A stretch of DNA of 64,000 bases from Eledone cirrhosa (lineage: Eukaryota): positions 11,098,001 through 11,162,000 of the forward strand of contig OZ024746.1 in assembly GCA_964016885.1 (NCBI GenBank). Reading direction: 5' to 3'. The notes below the pieces were generated by a model that was not told where the DNA came from, did no database searches, and saw only the letters and a list, made by a program, of their open reading frames with translations. Position 1 is the stretch's first letter; each line of letters begins with the position of its first letter. The position numbers and the translations under genes are program-made. Positions 42,070 through 56,042 of the stretch are shown one piece after another.

Positions 42070-42396
42070 GTTCTTTGAGTTTCAGTCATTGATGTTATTT
42101 AACTGGAAAGTTTGTTGAAATGAATATCAAGCCGCTACATACAGCCTCAGATATATAGGACGTATCGGAGGGTTCTTGCTGTTCTCAGCAAGCATGCCTT
42201 TTGAAGTGTTCCAAAAGGTGGGGCTGGACTAATATTCTTCTTTAACCATCCTTGGAAACTCTTTGAGATAGTACCTAGTGCGCCTATGGCAATCGGGACG
42301 ACCTTGATTTCATGGCACTTCTCAGAATGTGGTAAATTGTTTACTTTGCATAGGTGCCAGTGGATCACCCTGCCCATCACATCATGTCTCCAGCCT
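42070..42396 (-). mobile_element. R4/Dong-clade fragment with an internal deletion, same family as 37870
   Basis: WRHD..HWHLC..LPHSEK is joined directly to CHEIKVVPIAIGALG; it shares the 3' UTR of 38299-38373. Flanked by (TTA)n. Confidence 0.85.
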
Positions 42397-44047
42397 TTAT
42401 TATTATTATTATTATTATTATTTTGTAATGTAGTGTAGGTGGAAAATGCATCGGAGTATTTAGTCATCTGCCAAGTCACAACAAGGACCCCAGACAGATA
42501 ATACTCTGAATTCAATCTGACTGGAGTTAACTTTACCTTTCAACCTTCCCGGGTCGATAAAATAAAGTACTAGTCACTTAACAGGGACGATTTAATTGAT
42601 TAAACCCATTCCCAAATATTTGGCCTTGAAACTATGTAACAAATTATTATTAATCATTACCATTATACATGAATGTATGGATTCCCATGAAAAGTATCAT
42701 TTAAAAAAAAAAAAAACTATTTCGTTTCTTTATATTCTTCTTTTTGTATCATCGCCAGTGATCTGGAGTTTTATTACACTGCTCGGAAAATTATGATTCA
42801 TTTGAGACTGCAAAATTATTAATCAATAAATTTATGCATAAGAAATGATATTAATTGAATCAGGAACCAATTGACTCCATATACTTTTTCCATTGACAAG
42901 CTTGTTTATGCCTCTATAAAAAATAATCCTTTGGGACTCCTTGACTCGAAAATATCCTAGGGTATGTCTTGTTCATCGACTGAACACTTAAATTTTATTA
43001 CAATTATTATTTGATCAGTTTAAAATGTTCCATAAACGCTTGAGAATAAAAATATCTATAAACCATGAATAGTAGAACTGAGTATAGCATTACTAGATAG
43101 TTCCATAAACCATACCAGTGAACGCCTGCAGTGTCATTTCTACGACATTTGTCTGATTTTCATTAAGTTCAAGAAAATAACCAAAATTGACTTTCCATAA
43201 CCTGAAATTATTGAAACCCAGCTCCAAACATTTGGGTCACTTCTTGAATCGGCCAGTTCGGTTTACGTATTCGTCCATTAACAATTTCAGTTTATGTAGT
43301 TACAATTATTCTCTTCCATTTTGAGTAGCAGCTGGAAGGAATGTGTAACTCTTTTGTTATTTTCATTTTTAAGTTAAACTCTGAAAAAAAAAATAACTAA
43401 AACATAAAAAAGTAAAGTAATGTTTCATTTTCAAATCGAATTCCCAATATAGCAAAAGATATTTATGCTACTGAGACATGGGACTAAATTGTAAACATTT
43501 TAAATCAGACAATATTTTCCGAACAACCAAATATATTAGTATTTATTTATAGCCAAATCAATCTAGAGCTTACTTATATCTGTTTTCACTGAAATTGCAA
43601 TCTCATCTACCTGAACCATTTGTACAATAACAGAGATAACGTCAATAAACTTCTTTAGCCTACCAGACAACTCGCATATTATTTTGTAATGTATTTGTTT
43701 TCCATTCACAAGATCTGCATAGTATTTGTTATAGACGTTCTTTACTCCCATCCATGCGTATTTAAAAGTTTCATAAAAAGGAACAATCCCTATGAAATCC
43801 GCAGACATTCGAAGACTAACGAGATCTATATTGATAATGATTGATTATTATTTTCAATATTGTCTGTTAGGAAAAAGGTATGTAGGAAGGCAATTCTAGA
43901 TGAAGGAATAGGCCTAGTGGTTAGAACAATTTATTATATGGCTCAAAGAGACACTGGTGTTTCCAGTGGTCTTTGTTTATATATATATGTGTGTATGTGT
44001 GTATCTGTGAGTGGAAGAATGCATGTACATATATATATATATATATG

Positions 44048-44143
<96 letters not shown>

Positions 44144-45039
44144 CATGTATTTATGTATTCAGTTGACTTAAGAGGCATTCGGAAAATGTGAAATGTGAAA
44201 TAATAGTAGATTACAATAAATATTGGTTGAAAAAATTGACTACCTGGAAACGGAAACATGTGTACAGGTAATTTACTCGATTTTCTCAACAGTTGTGATA
44301 CCATATTATTATAGTCGTCTGCGTTGGGACGACTGCATTTCATATTTCAAATTTTCACAGTGTTTTATAAGTCATCCTGTTGTTTACACTTTTAATTATA
44401 AGCTAAACATCTAAAAAAAAAAAAATGTATGTGTATACATATATACGATATATGGCGAACACAAGTGTGTTTTTTCTCCGTACACATACCAACAAATCTC
44501 TCATACCCTTCATAAATATAACAACTTAAACACTTATTCTCTATCACCTCTATCACCTGCACGCTAAAATCTATGCGAAGTGTCTTCCTTAAAATAACTC
44601 TCAGTGAGATACCTTTGTGTGAAATGTTTGCATTCGCACTAGTAAAATGGTAGCATAAAATGTTAGCATTCCCGCCAGTAAAACGTATCTTTGTTTATAT
44701 TCTATAACAGCTGGAGTCATGAAATAGTTGGTGACTGATATTAAAAACAAAATAAATGTTAACAACATTCTGAAAACATCCATAATTCAAGTTTACACGC
44801 AATCTTAAATTAGCTTAGCCCAGTTCATTAATTAGTTCTTTACAAAAATAGTTCAACGTTAAATAATTACTAATACAAAGTATAACTTAGACCCCTACCA
44901 CCATCACTAGAAAGAGAGACGAAATATATTAACGCACATGCGTCGTGCTTTTCACAGTGATCCGTTGTTTTCTTCTTGATCAAGGCTTCAAGCAGAAAAT
45001 GAACTAGTTTGTATATTGTTACAAACAGTAAGGGGCCTC

Positions 45040-45123
<84 letters not shown>

Positions 45124-45530
45124 AATCTCTCTCTCTCTCCCTCTCGTGCACCCCCTCCCACACACACATACATACACACTGAGAAAGAAATAAACCACAA
45201 AGTAATGATATAAAAGAATATGCCACCTAAAGATGTTTACCGGAAATTATTTTGTTGTGACGTTGTCTTTCTTTTTCTTCTCCATTTTGCTTCAGTTGTA
45301 AAAATGTTATTAGTAAGATGATTTGTTGCATTGGAGCACAGGAACAACTAATATAATTGTAAAGGTTTTGTGTATTAGGGACAGCCATTGCAGGAAATAA
45401 AATGATGAATCATCAAACTCTGAAAAGAAAAAATTATATTACAAATATACAGAAAAAAAAGATATTTTCATGACAAGATATTTTACATTTCTTTTCCTCT
45501 GTCGACCTTACAAATATACGCACACACACA

Positions 45531-45634
<104 letters not shown>

Positions 45635-45660
45635 TAGTAACACAACAGTTAGTTCACCTT

Positions 45661-45702
45661 ACTGAGAACAATTGTTTCACCTTATGCAGATCTTCAGCTC
45701 GT
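45661..45702 (-). ncRNA. Minimal type I hammerhead ribozyme
   Basis: Minus strand: ACGAG CUGAAGA UCUGCAUAAGGU GAAA CAAUUG UU CUCAGU. Stem III palindrome is the same as at 28330; stem II is weak. Confidence 0.55.
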
Positions 45703-45740
45703 GTGCTCTACCACCTCGGATATTACCTTCCAGTATTCTA

Positions 45741-45782
<42 letters not shown>

Positions 45783-45826
45783 TCTCTCTCTCTCTTTCTA
45801 TATATATATATATATAAATATATATT

Positions 45827-45906
<80 letters not shown>

Positions 45907-45918
45907 CAAATATATATT

Positions 45919-45952
<34 letters not shown>

Positions 45953-46026
45953 GTTATACTTTGGGAGGGTCATGTTGCCAATAAGAAACACACGCACCAG
46001 TTGCTTTCACTTCAAATTCCGAAACG

Positions 46027-46079
<53 letters not shown>

Positions 46080-46082
<3 letters not shown>

Positions 46083-46664
46083 CATAAGTATGCATCTGTA
46101 TATATATGTTGGTAGATATACTAATTCTTTATAATTATCTCCAAATTATTTTGTTGAGCAAAAATTTGCCAAAACTGCTACTATAGTTCATAGTAATGGT
46201 TCGGCTGCTGTCTTCTTAACACCCCACTCCTCACTGATTAACCTCGATGTCACGTGATTGATTCTTTTGAATTTGCCACCGACCAAGTAGGCAGTGATTT
46301 TTTCAGTGTCTTGGAACTTAGTCCACGCTTTGCTTTTTTCCATCCACTGAATTATTTTTGTATAAGTTCCCTGTGTCCACGCATTACCTGGGAACTTAGC
46401 TGAGAATAGACTTCCCTGATGACGAAAGGCTTTCTCCATGTTTTCCTTCGGAAACCATGTTTATTCCCTTTCAGAAACTAATTAGTTGGAGTGAAATTTT
46501 AGTAAGTAAGTTAATTTTTATAATTTTCTTATTTTACGTCTTTCACATAATTGTTCTGCATCCCCTTGCATTGAACCACAAAATTACTAAGACAAAACCT
46601 ATATATTTGGTAGCATAAGTATGCATCTGTATATATATGTTGGTAGATATACTAATTCTTTATA
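46080..46664 (+). mobile_element. 531-bp monomer plus 54-bp terminal direct repeat, with a degenerate HHR
   Basis: tagcataagtatgc...ctaattctttata at 46080-46133 and 46611-46664. CTGATGA cgaaagg...ccttcg GAAA ccatgt at 46416-46460. Flanked by (TA)n. Confidence 0.65.
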
Positions 46665-47021
46665 TATATATATATATATATATACATGGTTTAACCTATG
46701 CCAAAATCTCCATCGGGTAGAATACAAGCAAAACTAACTAATACTAATAAGAAGAGTTGAAACTAATGCATGCAAGATTTCACAGCTCTAGCATCTCTCC
46801 TTCAGTCTATGAACCTTTCAGCCAACCCTCATATAAAGTAGGGTAAGTAGGTCTGAGACAATGCTACGTTGTGTAAGGGTTAACGATATAACCAGAGTTG
46901 TCACCGTCTTTACCAAAGATCAGATTCCTCTTCTGCTGCGTTTCTCTATTCAATGTTTAATCGATTTTAATTTAGGAATAATCAATTTATTTATGATAAA
47001 AACTGTATAAACATGATATTA

Positions 47022-47468
47022 TTGGATTGGCAGTATCGGTAGAGGGTCGGACGCCATGCTTTCCAGCATAGTTACGTCCCTTTACGATCTGAGTTCAAAT
47101 CCCGCCGAGGTTGACTTTGCCTTTCATCCTTACGGGGTCGATAAAATAAAGTACCAGTAATGCACTGGGTAATTGCTGGCCTTGTGCCTAAAGTAGAAAC
47201 AATTATTTACAGTAATAATAATTGTTTCTACTTTGGGCACAAGGTCAGCAATTACCCCAGTGCATTACTGGTACTTTATTTTATCGACCCCGTAAGGATA
47301 AAAGGCGAAGTTAACCTCGGCAGGATTTGAACTCAGAACGTAAAGGGACATAACTCTATGCGTCAAAGCATGTTGTCCGACGCTCTACCGATACTGCCAA
47401 TAATAATAATTGTTTCTACTTAGGCACAAGGCCAGCAATTACCCAGTGCATTACTGGTACTTTATTTT
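47022..47468. mobile_element. Tail-to-tail inverted SINE pair plus a partial third copy
   Basis: + copy 47022-47206, - copy 47218-47400, partial - copy 47407-47468. Confidence 0.9.
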
Positions 47469-47559
47469 AATAATAATAATGACAACTATAATGATGGCAA
47501 TAATAAAAAAGAGAAACAAAAGGAAGGAAAGAATAGACAAAATATAGAGAAAAGGGAGA

Positions 47560-47830
47560 GAAAGAAAGAAGAAAAAGAACGGGAAGGGAAGGGGTGGCAA
47601 GAGCTCTGGTGTCGCAGAAGAGAGGGGAGGGGTGAAATGGGAGGGTGATTGGGCTTTGGGCCTAGGGCAAGGGGGCAGAAGTGCTGCTCACTGCGGACAA
47701 GACGGCAAAAGGATTCCCGCGGACGATAGTCAGTGACACCCGATCCAACAGCCACCCAACCTCGTGGGGCTCTCTCCTCAGACGGCCGCCGACGCTCCGA
47801 TCTTGCGGAGGAGCTCGTCAGTACGGGGTC
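47560..47830 (-). mobile_element. CRE-like LINE 3' remnant
   Basis: Minus strand translates EVGWLLDRVSLTIVRGNPFAVLSA. Confidence 0.6.
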
Positions 47831-49469
47831 CAATCCTCACTCTTCTCTTTTTCGATAAAGAATCTCACTAACGTTACTGATATTAGTTTCTTCTCATTAC
47901 AAATATAATTTCAATTGATTAAATCTTCTTTTGTGGTTCAACGCAATAACTTTATTGAATCACACTTAACTATATATTGTTCACCGAATGCCATTAAATG
48001 TAAAGGTACACATATAGCTAGGTATGAACCACTCAGCACTGTAAGCAGTCATAACATTGTAAGACGCAGTGTTTCGATCTTACGTCATACAGCATATACT
48101 CTTCTATGGCATATCTTACAGAGAGATGAACTTCTTTTAACCTAGTATGTCTTATATATAAAACATAAAACCATCGATCGTGCATCTATAATACAATCGG
48201 CTTTGAGGCCTGCTATAAAGCCAACATATACTACTGACAATATCAATTATTTCGCCATTGCATTATAAAATACCTATCTCTTACATTATCTAATTTTATT
48301 TGAAAACATGTATTACAGGAACTAAACAAATGAATATACATTTATTTTAACTATTAGAAAACAAAATGAAGGTGAATGTGATGGGAATGGTAACACTTCT
48401 TTTAACTGTCGATGAAGTCTGCAATTTAATGAGACACGTTACGCAATACCACTCAGTAATTGATGCTTAACATCCTTATAGATCCTGTGTATATTATCTT
48501 GTATCAATCATTTATGGTAGAGATATATTCACATAAAACTCTGTTTTAGTTGAGGTTTTAATTCCTAATTCTGCTATTAATCTTAATTCGCTTCTCGCTC
48601 ATTTCACCTTAATTCATTTTTCTTATTTCATCATAATTCAAAAGCAAAACTAAAGACCCAGGCTTTTATTTTAACTTACCATTCTCACCTCATTAACTAC
48701 ATTAAACAAACAATTTGAACAGGTCAAAAGAACGAGACGCTCTAACTAATATATTCACAAACTAAAGATGTCGTAGTGATACTGAACATATGAGTTATCT
48801 CATATATAATTCGCTGTATCCAAGTGAAGATCTGATAAATATACTGAATTTATAGAAATGTTACATTGAGCTCAATCACAGTAATTATTCGCTCTTTCAT
48901 CAGTTGCTTTTGCTGATTAATGGGAATACGTTTGGCTTATAATTATTTTCATTAATATTTATCCACACAAATGTGTGGCAGACGTAATGAACTGGGCTAT
49001 ATCACCATAAGAATTCAACTCCAGATATTTTGCAATATATTTGAACACTAAGCGTAATTCCATACACTTCCTCTCACCTAGTTGTTAGCAACAAGTAAGA
49101 TGTATTTTGGAAACGTTGCCTACGTTATGCTAACGTGTTATGCTTATGAGAGATAAGGTACTTTTTATCTGTTTACAATTATGAAAACGTATAAGCAACG
49201 CTTCTTATAAATCTCTGAGAACTTCTGGGGGCATTTATAGTTTTATATTATACATAATGTGATATTTTACATTACTTATCTATATAATAAGCGCAACATT
49301 TATCTCTTTGTCTTGAAACAAAGTCACCATTTCACAAGGAATTTTATCTAAATTTGACAAAAACCCCAGAGGCATACAAGAATAATCAATGAAGAAATAA
49401 ATCTCAAGTCTGAGAAATCAAGAAAGATAGAGAAACACTGTGTGTTAATCAGGGGTAATGGGAAAAGGC

Positions 49470-49843
49470 AGAAAGACGGCCATTTATGTAGGGGAGTTAA
49501 CTGGAGGTAGAGAAAGACGGCCATTTATGTAGGAGAGTTAACTGGAGGTATAGAAAGACGGCCATTTGTGTAGGAGAGTTAACTGGAGGTAGAGAAAGAC
49601 GACCATTTATGTAGGAGAGTTAACTGGAGGTAGAGAAAGACGGCCATTTATGTAGGAGAGTTAACTGGAGGTAGAGAAAGACGGCCATTTATGTAGGAGA
49701 GTTAACTGGAGGTAGAGAAAGACGACCATTTATGTAGGAGAGTTAACTGGAGGTAGAGAAAGACGGCCATTTATGTAGGAGAGTTAACTGGAGGTAGAGA
49801 AAGACGGCCATTTATGTAGGAGAGTTAACTGGAGGTAGAGAAA
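49470..49843. repeat. 41-bp minisatellite, ~9 copies
   Basis: Unit agaaagacggccatttatgtaggagagttaactggaggtag. Confidence 0.95.
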
Positions 49844-50009
49844 CTCTATATTGTTAGTAACATCAAATACTTGCTATCTCTTTCTCAGTTTCTTTTATAA
49901 TTTTCCTCTCCCACTTTTTCTCTCTATCTCTCTCTATATCTCTTCTTATTTCGCAATTGTAATCGAAGAGTCTCTTTCAATCACTACATCTCACTCTTGC
50001 TTTCTCTTT

Positions 50010-50053
<44 letters not shown>

Positions 50054-50097
50054 GGTCTCAGCCCCTCGGCTGGAACATGTAATAGAATTATAGAGTA

Positions 50098-50157
<60 letters not shown>

Positions 50158-50232
50158 TTATTCCTTGGTGTGGAAAAGGATAAAGAAAAACAGTGCTCAA
50201 TCAGGTACGAGGGCTGATATATATTATTTATT

Positions 50233-50950
50233 TGGTGGATTGGTAGAATCGGTAGAGGGTCGGACGCCATGCTTTCCACCATAGTTACGTCCCTTTACGG
50301 ACTGAGTTCAAATACCGCCGAGGTTAATTTTGCTTTTCATCCTTAAAGTACCAGTAATAGACTGGGATAATTGCTGGCCTTGTGTCAAAAGTAGAAACAA
50401 TTATTATTATTATTATTTCTGAGGCGGTGGATTGGCAGAATCGGTAGAGCGGCGGAAAAAAAATGTATTTAGTTACGTCCCTTTATATCCTGAGTTCAAA
50501 TCCCGCCGAGGTTAGCTTTGCCTTTCATTCTTAGGGGGTCGATAAAATAAAGTACCAGTAATGTACTGGGGTCGATTTAATCGACTTTTTCCACCCAAAC
50601 AATTACTGGCCTTGTGCCTAAATCAGAAAAGGGCGGTGGATTGGAAGTATCGGTAGGGATTCGGACTCCATGCTTTGCAGCATAGAGTTACGGCCCTTTA
50701 TGATCTGAGTTCAAATCCTGCCGAGGATAACTTTGCCTTTCATCCTTACGGGGTCGATAAAATAAAGTACCAGTCACGCACTGGGGTCGATTTAATCGAC
50801 TTTCCCCTCCCCCCAAAATACTGGCCTTGTGCCTATACTAGAAATCATTATTACTTAACTTTGCCTTTCATCCTTACGGGGTCGATAAAATAAAGTACCA
50901 GTAATACACTGGGTAATTGCTGGCCTTGTGCCTAACGTAGAAACAATTAT
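50233..50950 (+). mobile_element. Cluster of four same-strand tRNA-derived SINEs
   Basis: Heads at ~50233, 50422 and 50631, and a headless copy at ~50854. Confidence 0.9.
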
Positions 50951-51656
50951 AACTAACAACCGAGTAATATAAGAAGTGATTGTAGAGACAGAGTATCGTT
51001 TATAGTGACGTGGTTATAACAACCTAGCTAGAGTGACAGTTATCATTATTAAGTATTGTGTTTAGTTATCGTCCAATGTACTGAACTTTCCCTGCTCCAC
51101 CTTACAGCAGTAAGTTATATAACAAAGTGAGAATGGTTGTCTGGTTGTTTGGTGGAACGCCAAACTAACTGGCAATTACCAAGTCGTTTGATGGCCTACC
51201 GTGTCATGATCGAAGTCTCTCATATTCTAATTGAATAAATATCTATACTTGGCTAATATTCGTTGCGGTGTTATAGAACAGAAATCTGGAGTTAATAACA
51301 TTGATTTTACTAATGTATCATTTTTTTTTCTTTCGTATTCATGGATTTGTGAGCAATAGCATCGTTAAATTAGACTCAAAAGATTCCATTTGCAATCAGT
51401 GATTCATTCGCTCAGTAAATGCAAAACATGATATACCTATGATTTTTGGTAGATACGTAGGTCGGCTGAAATGTTCATAATCTGACCAAGATACTCTCAT
51501 GGAATGACTAAATGAGGTTTATTTTTCAACATAGTACCTGGAAAAGAAACAATGCAGTTATTAATAAGAAGAATTGAAATTAATGCATGCAGGATTTCAC
51601 AGCTCTTGCATCACTCCTTCGTAGTCAGTCTATGAACTTTTTCAGCAGATCCTTCG

Positions 51657-51737
<81 letters not shown>

Positions 51738-51935
51738 CGAGGGTTGGCTAAAAAGTTCATAGACTGACCCAGATACTCTCATGAAATGACCAAATGAGGC
51801 TTATTTTCAACATAGACTCTGGAAAAAAAACAATGCAGTTAGTAATAAAAAGTGTTGAAATTAATGCATACAAGATTTCATAGCTCTAGCATCTCTCCTT
51901 CCTTGTCAGCCTATGAACCTTTCAGCTGATCCTCG
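51738..51935. mobile_element. Tc1/mariner-type MITE; related copies at ~51455-51657 and ~46690-46831
   Basis: TA-flanked imperfect TIRs cgagggttggctaaaaagttcatagactgac / gtcagcctatgaacctttcagctgatcctcg. Confidence 0.8.
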
Positions 51936-52069
51936 TATTTGTTAACAACCGATGTAGTATCTACTCATGTGTTGTTTGGGATATCGACGGAATATTTTAC
52001 TCCAAAATGTCAAAACATGAATTTGTTTCGTTTCATTTGTTTTTCCTTTGTTCACTTATGAGTATAGAT

Positions 52070-52878
52070 CAGCGGTCGCTAACCGGTGGTCCACGGAAAA
52101 ATTAGTGGTCCGCAGAAAAATTTGGACATTATTTGCAATTTTTGTTTTATTAATAATTGTTTCTACTTTTGGCACAAGGCCAGCAATTACGCAGTACATT
52201 ACTGGTACTTCATTTTATCGACCCCGTAAGGATGAAAGACAAAGTTAACCTCGGCGGGATTTGAACTCAGATCATAAAGGGCCGTAACTCTGTGCTACAA
52301 AGCTTGGCGTCCGACCCTCTACCGATACTGCCAATCAACCAATAATAAAACAAAAATAATATTCAGTTAAAATATATTTTATAACACCGTTAAATAATAT
52401 TCAGTTAAAATATATTTTATAACACCCCTAAAAAATATTCAATTAAAATATATTTTATAACACCCCTAAAAAATGTTTCGCCTCAGTAAAGAACTAACAT
52501 CAATGAAAGAATTTTACACATATGAATCATCTATCGACAATATGACAGACGTACATTTCAGTTTTGTTTAATAAAATGGAAGTTCTCTGATCATTTGGCA
52601 GCATCAGTAGAGGGTCGGACGCCATGCTTTCCAGCATAGTTACGTCCCTTTACGATCTGAGTTCAAATCCCGCCGAGGTTGACTTTGCCTTTCATCCTTA
52701 CGGGGTCGATAAAATAAAGTACCAGTAATGCACTGGGTAATTGCTGGTATTGTACCTAAAGTAGAAACGATTATTTTACATATGTATTTATCTTTTTTTT
52801 TAATTCATGTTAGTGGTCCGCGGGATTTAAAATCATGAATTCAATGGTCCGCGAGGTCCGAAAGGTTGGCGACCGCTG
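52070..52878. mobile_element. Non-autonomous hAT element (MITE) carrying two SINE insertions
   Basis: TIRs cagcggtcgctaacc / ggttggcgaccgctg and an 8-bp TSD gtatagat (52062-52069, 52879-52886). Confidence 0.9.
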
Positions 52879-54639
52879 GTATAGATGACGCATCTGGTTT
52901 ACAATGTTTTTCTTGTGTTATGTAAAAATTCAATATTTTAAAACCGAAATAGAGTTTCCAGAGCTAACAGTGACAGTGTTTCTAAAAATAAGGATTTAAA
53001 AAAAAATTGTACCGAGGTCAATTTTGTCATGTGGATGACATATTAAAGTTGAAGAGAGATTTCTTTTCGAAATTTTCGTTTTGATTCTTGATATTTTCCA
53101 GTGCATTCGTTTCGACGAATAATGTATTAATATTCTGTGTGTCGAATATGTGATTATAAGATTTGGTAACAGTTCGATAAAAAGAAAAAGTACTAGTCTA
53201 GTGCTGGGGTCAATTCTTCAAATATATCTCTTTCTGACAATATTTCTCTCACTCTTTCTCTGGAAGACATCTTCTGTATTCAGACCTGGAGATGGCATGG
53301 GCTCCACCAGGTTTAAAAGATGTCCAAGAAACGCCATATGACAATACCGCACTCTTACGACTCCTTCGGGAGTGCATACAAATATGTTTATTTTATTTTA
53401 TTTTATTATATTTTATTTTTGCCCCCTTCGGTCATGACTAATTATGGGTTTGCACATAGAAAACCCCTCTCTAAGGCACAGCCTGGGCAAGGCGATTTTG
53501 TGGTTGATCGACAGTTGCCCATACCAGTCTCTCCTCTCCACACAATTGATGTTGTCCTAGACATAAGGAAATGTCAATACAGCTTGGCACCAGTGTCGTC
53601 ACAACATATTGTTTTCCTATTGAGGGAATTGGAGCAATGTGAAATAAAGAATCTTGTTCAAGGACATATCATGCCAGTCTGTCTGGGAATCGGACTGACG
53701 ACCTTATGTTTTGTGAGCCGAACATTTGGCAATTACGTACTCTCGGGTCCCAAATAATAGGAAGTGGGGTTAGAAAATCGGTAATTTTTCAAGGTAGTCT
53801 CCCTTGATGTTTTTAGAAACCAGAATTAGTCGTTTACCTTACATATTGAGACCCCAGCCCATCCTATTTATTTTATAACGTATGAGATTTCTTGTAATGT
53901 TTGCTTCTTTTTTGTCATGCATGATGTGTTTTTAATGTCTAAAGAAAATTAATTGTTGTAAGAATGCTGCCACTAAAATAAAATTTCGTCGGGTATAGAT
54001 TAGTAAAATTCAATAAGCGAGGGGGGGGGGGGGGGGCGATCATTGCAGACCCAAGAGTATTTCTATATATGAAGGACAAGGAAATGTTTTGAGTGTATGT
54101 GTGTATGTATGTGCTGTGTGAGTGTTTGTGTTGTTGGATGTATGTGTGTGAATGTGTTGTGTGAATGTATGTCTGTGTGTATTTTGTGTGTGTTTTGTGT
54201 GAATGTATGTGTGTGTGGGTGAGTGTATGTATTTGTGTGTATGTCTTTGTGTGTTTTTGTGTGTGTCTGTGGGTGTATTTGTGTGTGTGTGCGTCTCTTT
54301 GTGTGTATGTGTGTGTGTGTCTGACTATATAAACGTTAAAGAAGTACTCAATACGTGAAGCTGAAGATTGATTTCGTTGCTGTTACTAATGTCTCCATTG
54401 AGTGTCTGTTTGTGTATTGTATGTGTGTGTCTGTGATTGTGTGTGTGAACGTGTATGTGTACGTGTGTGCGTGTTTGAGTGTGTGTATGTGTACGTGTGT
54501 ATGTATGTGTGTCTAGCTGTATAATGATTTAAAGAGAATTTATTAGTCATGCATTAAAAACGCCTGTGATTGTTGTGTCTAGTGCCTTAGCAGCCTAAAC
54601 TCGCTTATATAAACAACTATATAATCTTCTCTTTTGCTA

Positions 54640-54800
54640 TGGGGGTAGAGTTGGCGACCCACAGGTCCAGTGGCTGTTTCAGCACGTTTCCCTCACTGAC
54701 ATCCGGAACAATGTATTCTCTATCCTGCCGGCCGGGACCCAGATGTTGAGGGTAAGTTAGTTGGTGGTGGAGGACACTCGTTCGGACGTTACTTCTCCAA
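54640..54800 (+). mobile_element. CRE-like LINE 3' remnant
   Basis: Translates GDPQVQWLFQHVSLTDIRNNVFSILPAG. Confidence 0.55.
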
Positions 54801-55020
54801 CTAAAACATGTTTACATTTATACGATTATAATGTATTTAAAACAAATACAAGAGAACAATATTGCGTTACTTACTCATTCGCCCTCAAACAATCTTGAAA
54901 AAAGGAAAATTATAACTTTGTATCACCCTCAATAAATGTACTATCTCCACTATCCAGGAAGCTCCAACCGTTAAGGTTGTCTTTTTTCCGGGTATGTCAA
55001 TATTTATTTATAAAACAAAT

Positions 55021-55092
55021 CTGTATTTTATCTGATGAAAGCGCACCATAATTTGCCTTGGTTGCCCTTGAAATATGTATAATAAAATATGG
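55021..55092 (+). ncRNA. Type I hammerhead ribozyme
   Basis: CTGTATTTTAT CTGATGA AAGCGCACCA taatttgcct TGGTTGCCCTT GAAA TATGTA TA ATAAAATATGG. Stem I is 11 bp including G-U pairs; stem II is about 9 bp. Confidence 0.8.
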
Positions 55093-55216
55093 TTTTATAA
55101 ATATAGTTTCCATTTATTAATATATTGTGTATTTACTCCACTAACTTGTTGAGTGCTTTATATCAGTTATAAAAATGTTTAAGCTTGTTGAATCCCAACA
55201 AATTAAATATAACCTC

Positions 55217-55262
<46 letters not shown>

Positions 55263-55305
55263 ATTCTTTCAGAATGAAAATTTAAACTCAAATATAAACA
55301 CATAT

Positions 55306-55497
55306 AATTGTTTCTACTTTTGGCACAAGGCGATCAATTATCCCAGTACATTACTGGTACTTTATTTTATCGACCCCGTAAGGATGAAAAGCAAAGTTGA
55401 CTTCGGTTGGATTTGAACTCAGACCATAAAGGGCCGTAACTCTTTGCTGCAAAGCATGGCGTCAGACCCTCTACCGATACTGCCAATTCACCACCCA
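55306..55497 (-). mobile_element. tRNA-derived SINE
   Basis: Family consensus. Confidence 0.88.
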
Positions 55498-55952
55498 AAT
55501 AAAATTAACTATTGCTATGAAGCTTACAAATATAAAACACCAAAACATATGGCCAGGGAGATAAAAAAGTAAACAAAAACAAAAGCGACCATCAATTCAC
55601 GTAAAAGAGTAAATAAAAGAAATAACACTCTATAATCAAATTAATCAATCGCTACTCATACACAATGCTATCATAAGAATTATAGTATTAAATCGCCACC
55701 ATTTCCCTAACTTTATGATATCAAATTAATAAAATAGGCTATAATGTTTTAACTTTTTCTTTTCCATTCCAATTTTTTATATTTCTAGACCTTATTCAAG
55801 GGAAGTAATTAAAAATAGTAAAGTATAGTTATTCCCCTTGCAAACCTCCACACTATTTTTCATGACAGTCATGGATTGCCTTCAGTCGCCGAATATATTT
55901 GATCGATTTCCATTTACAGGATATATACAATGTAAACATGAAACACACACGC

Positions 55953-56042
<90 letters not shown>

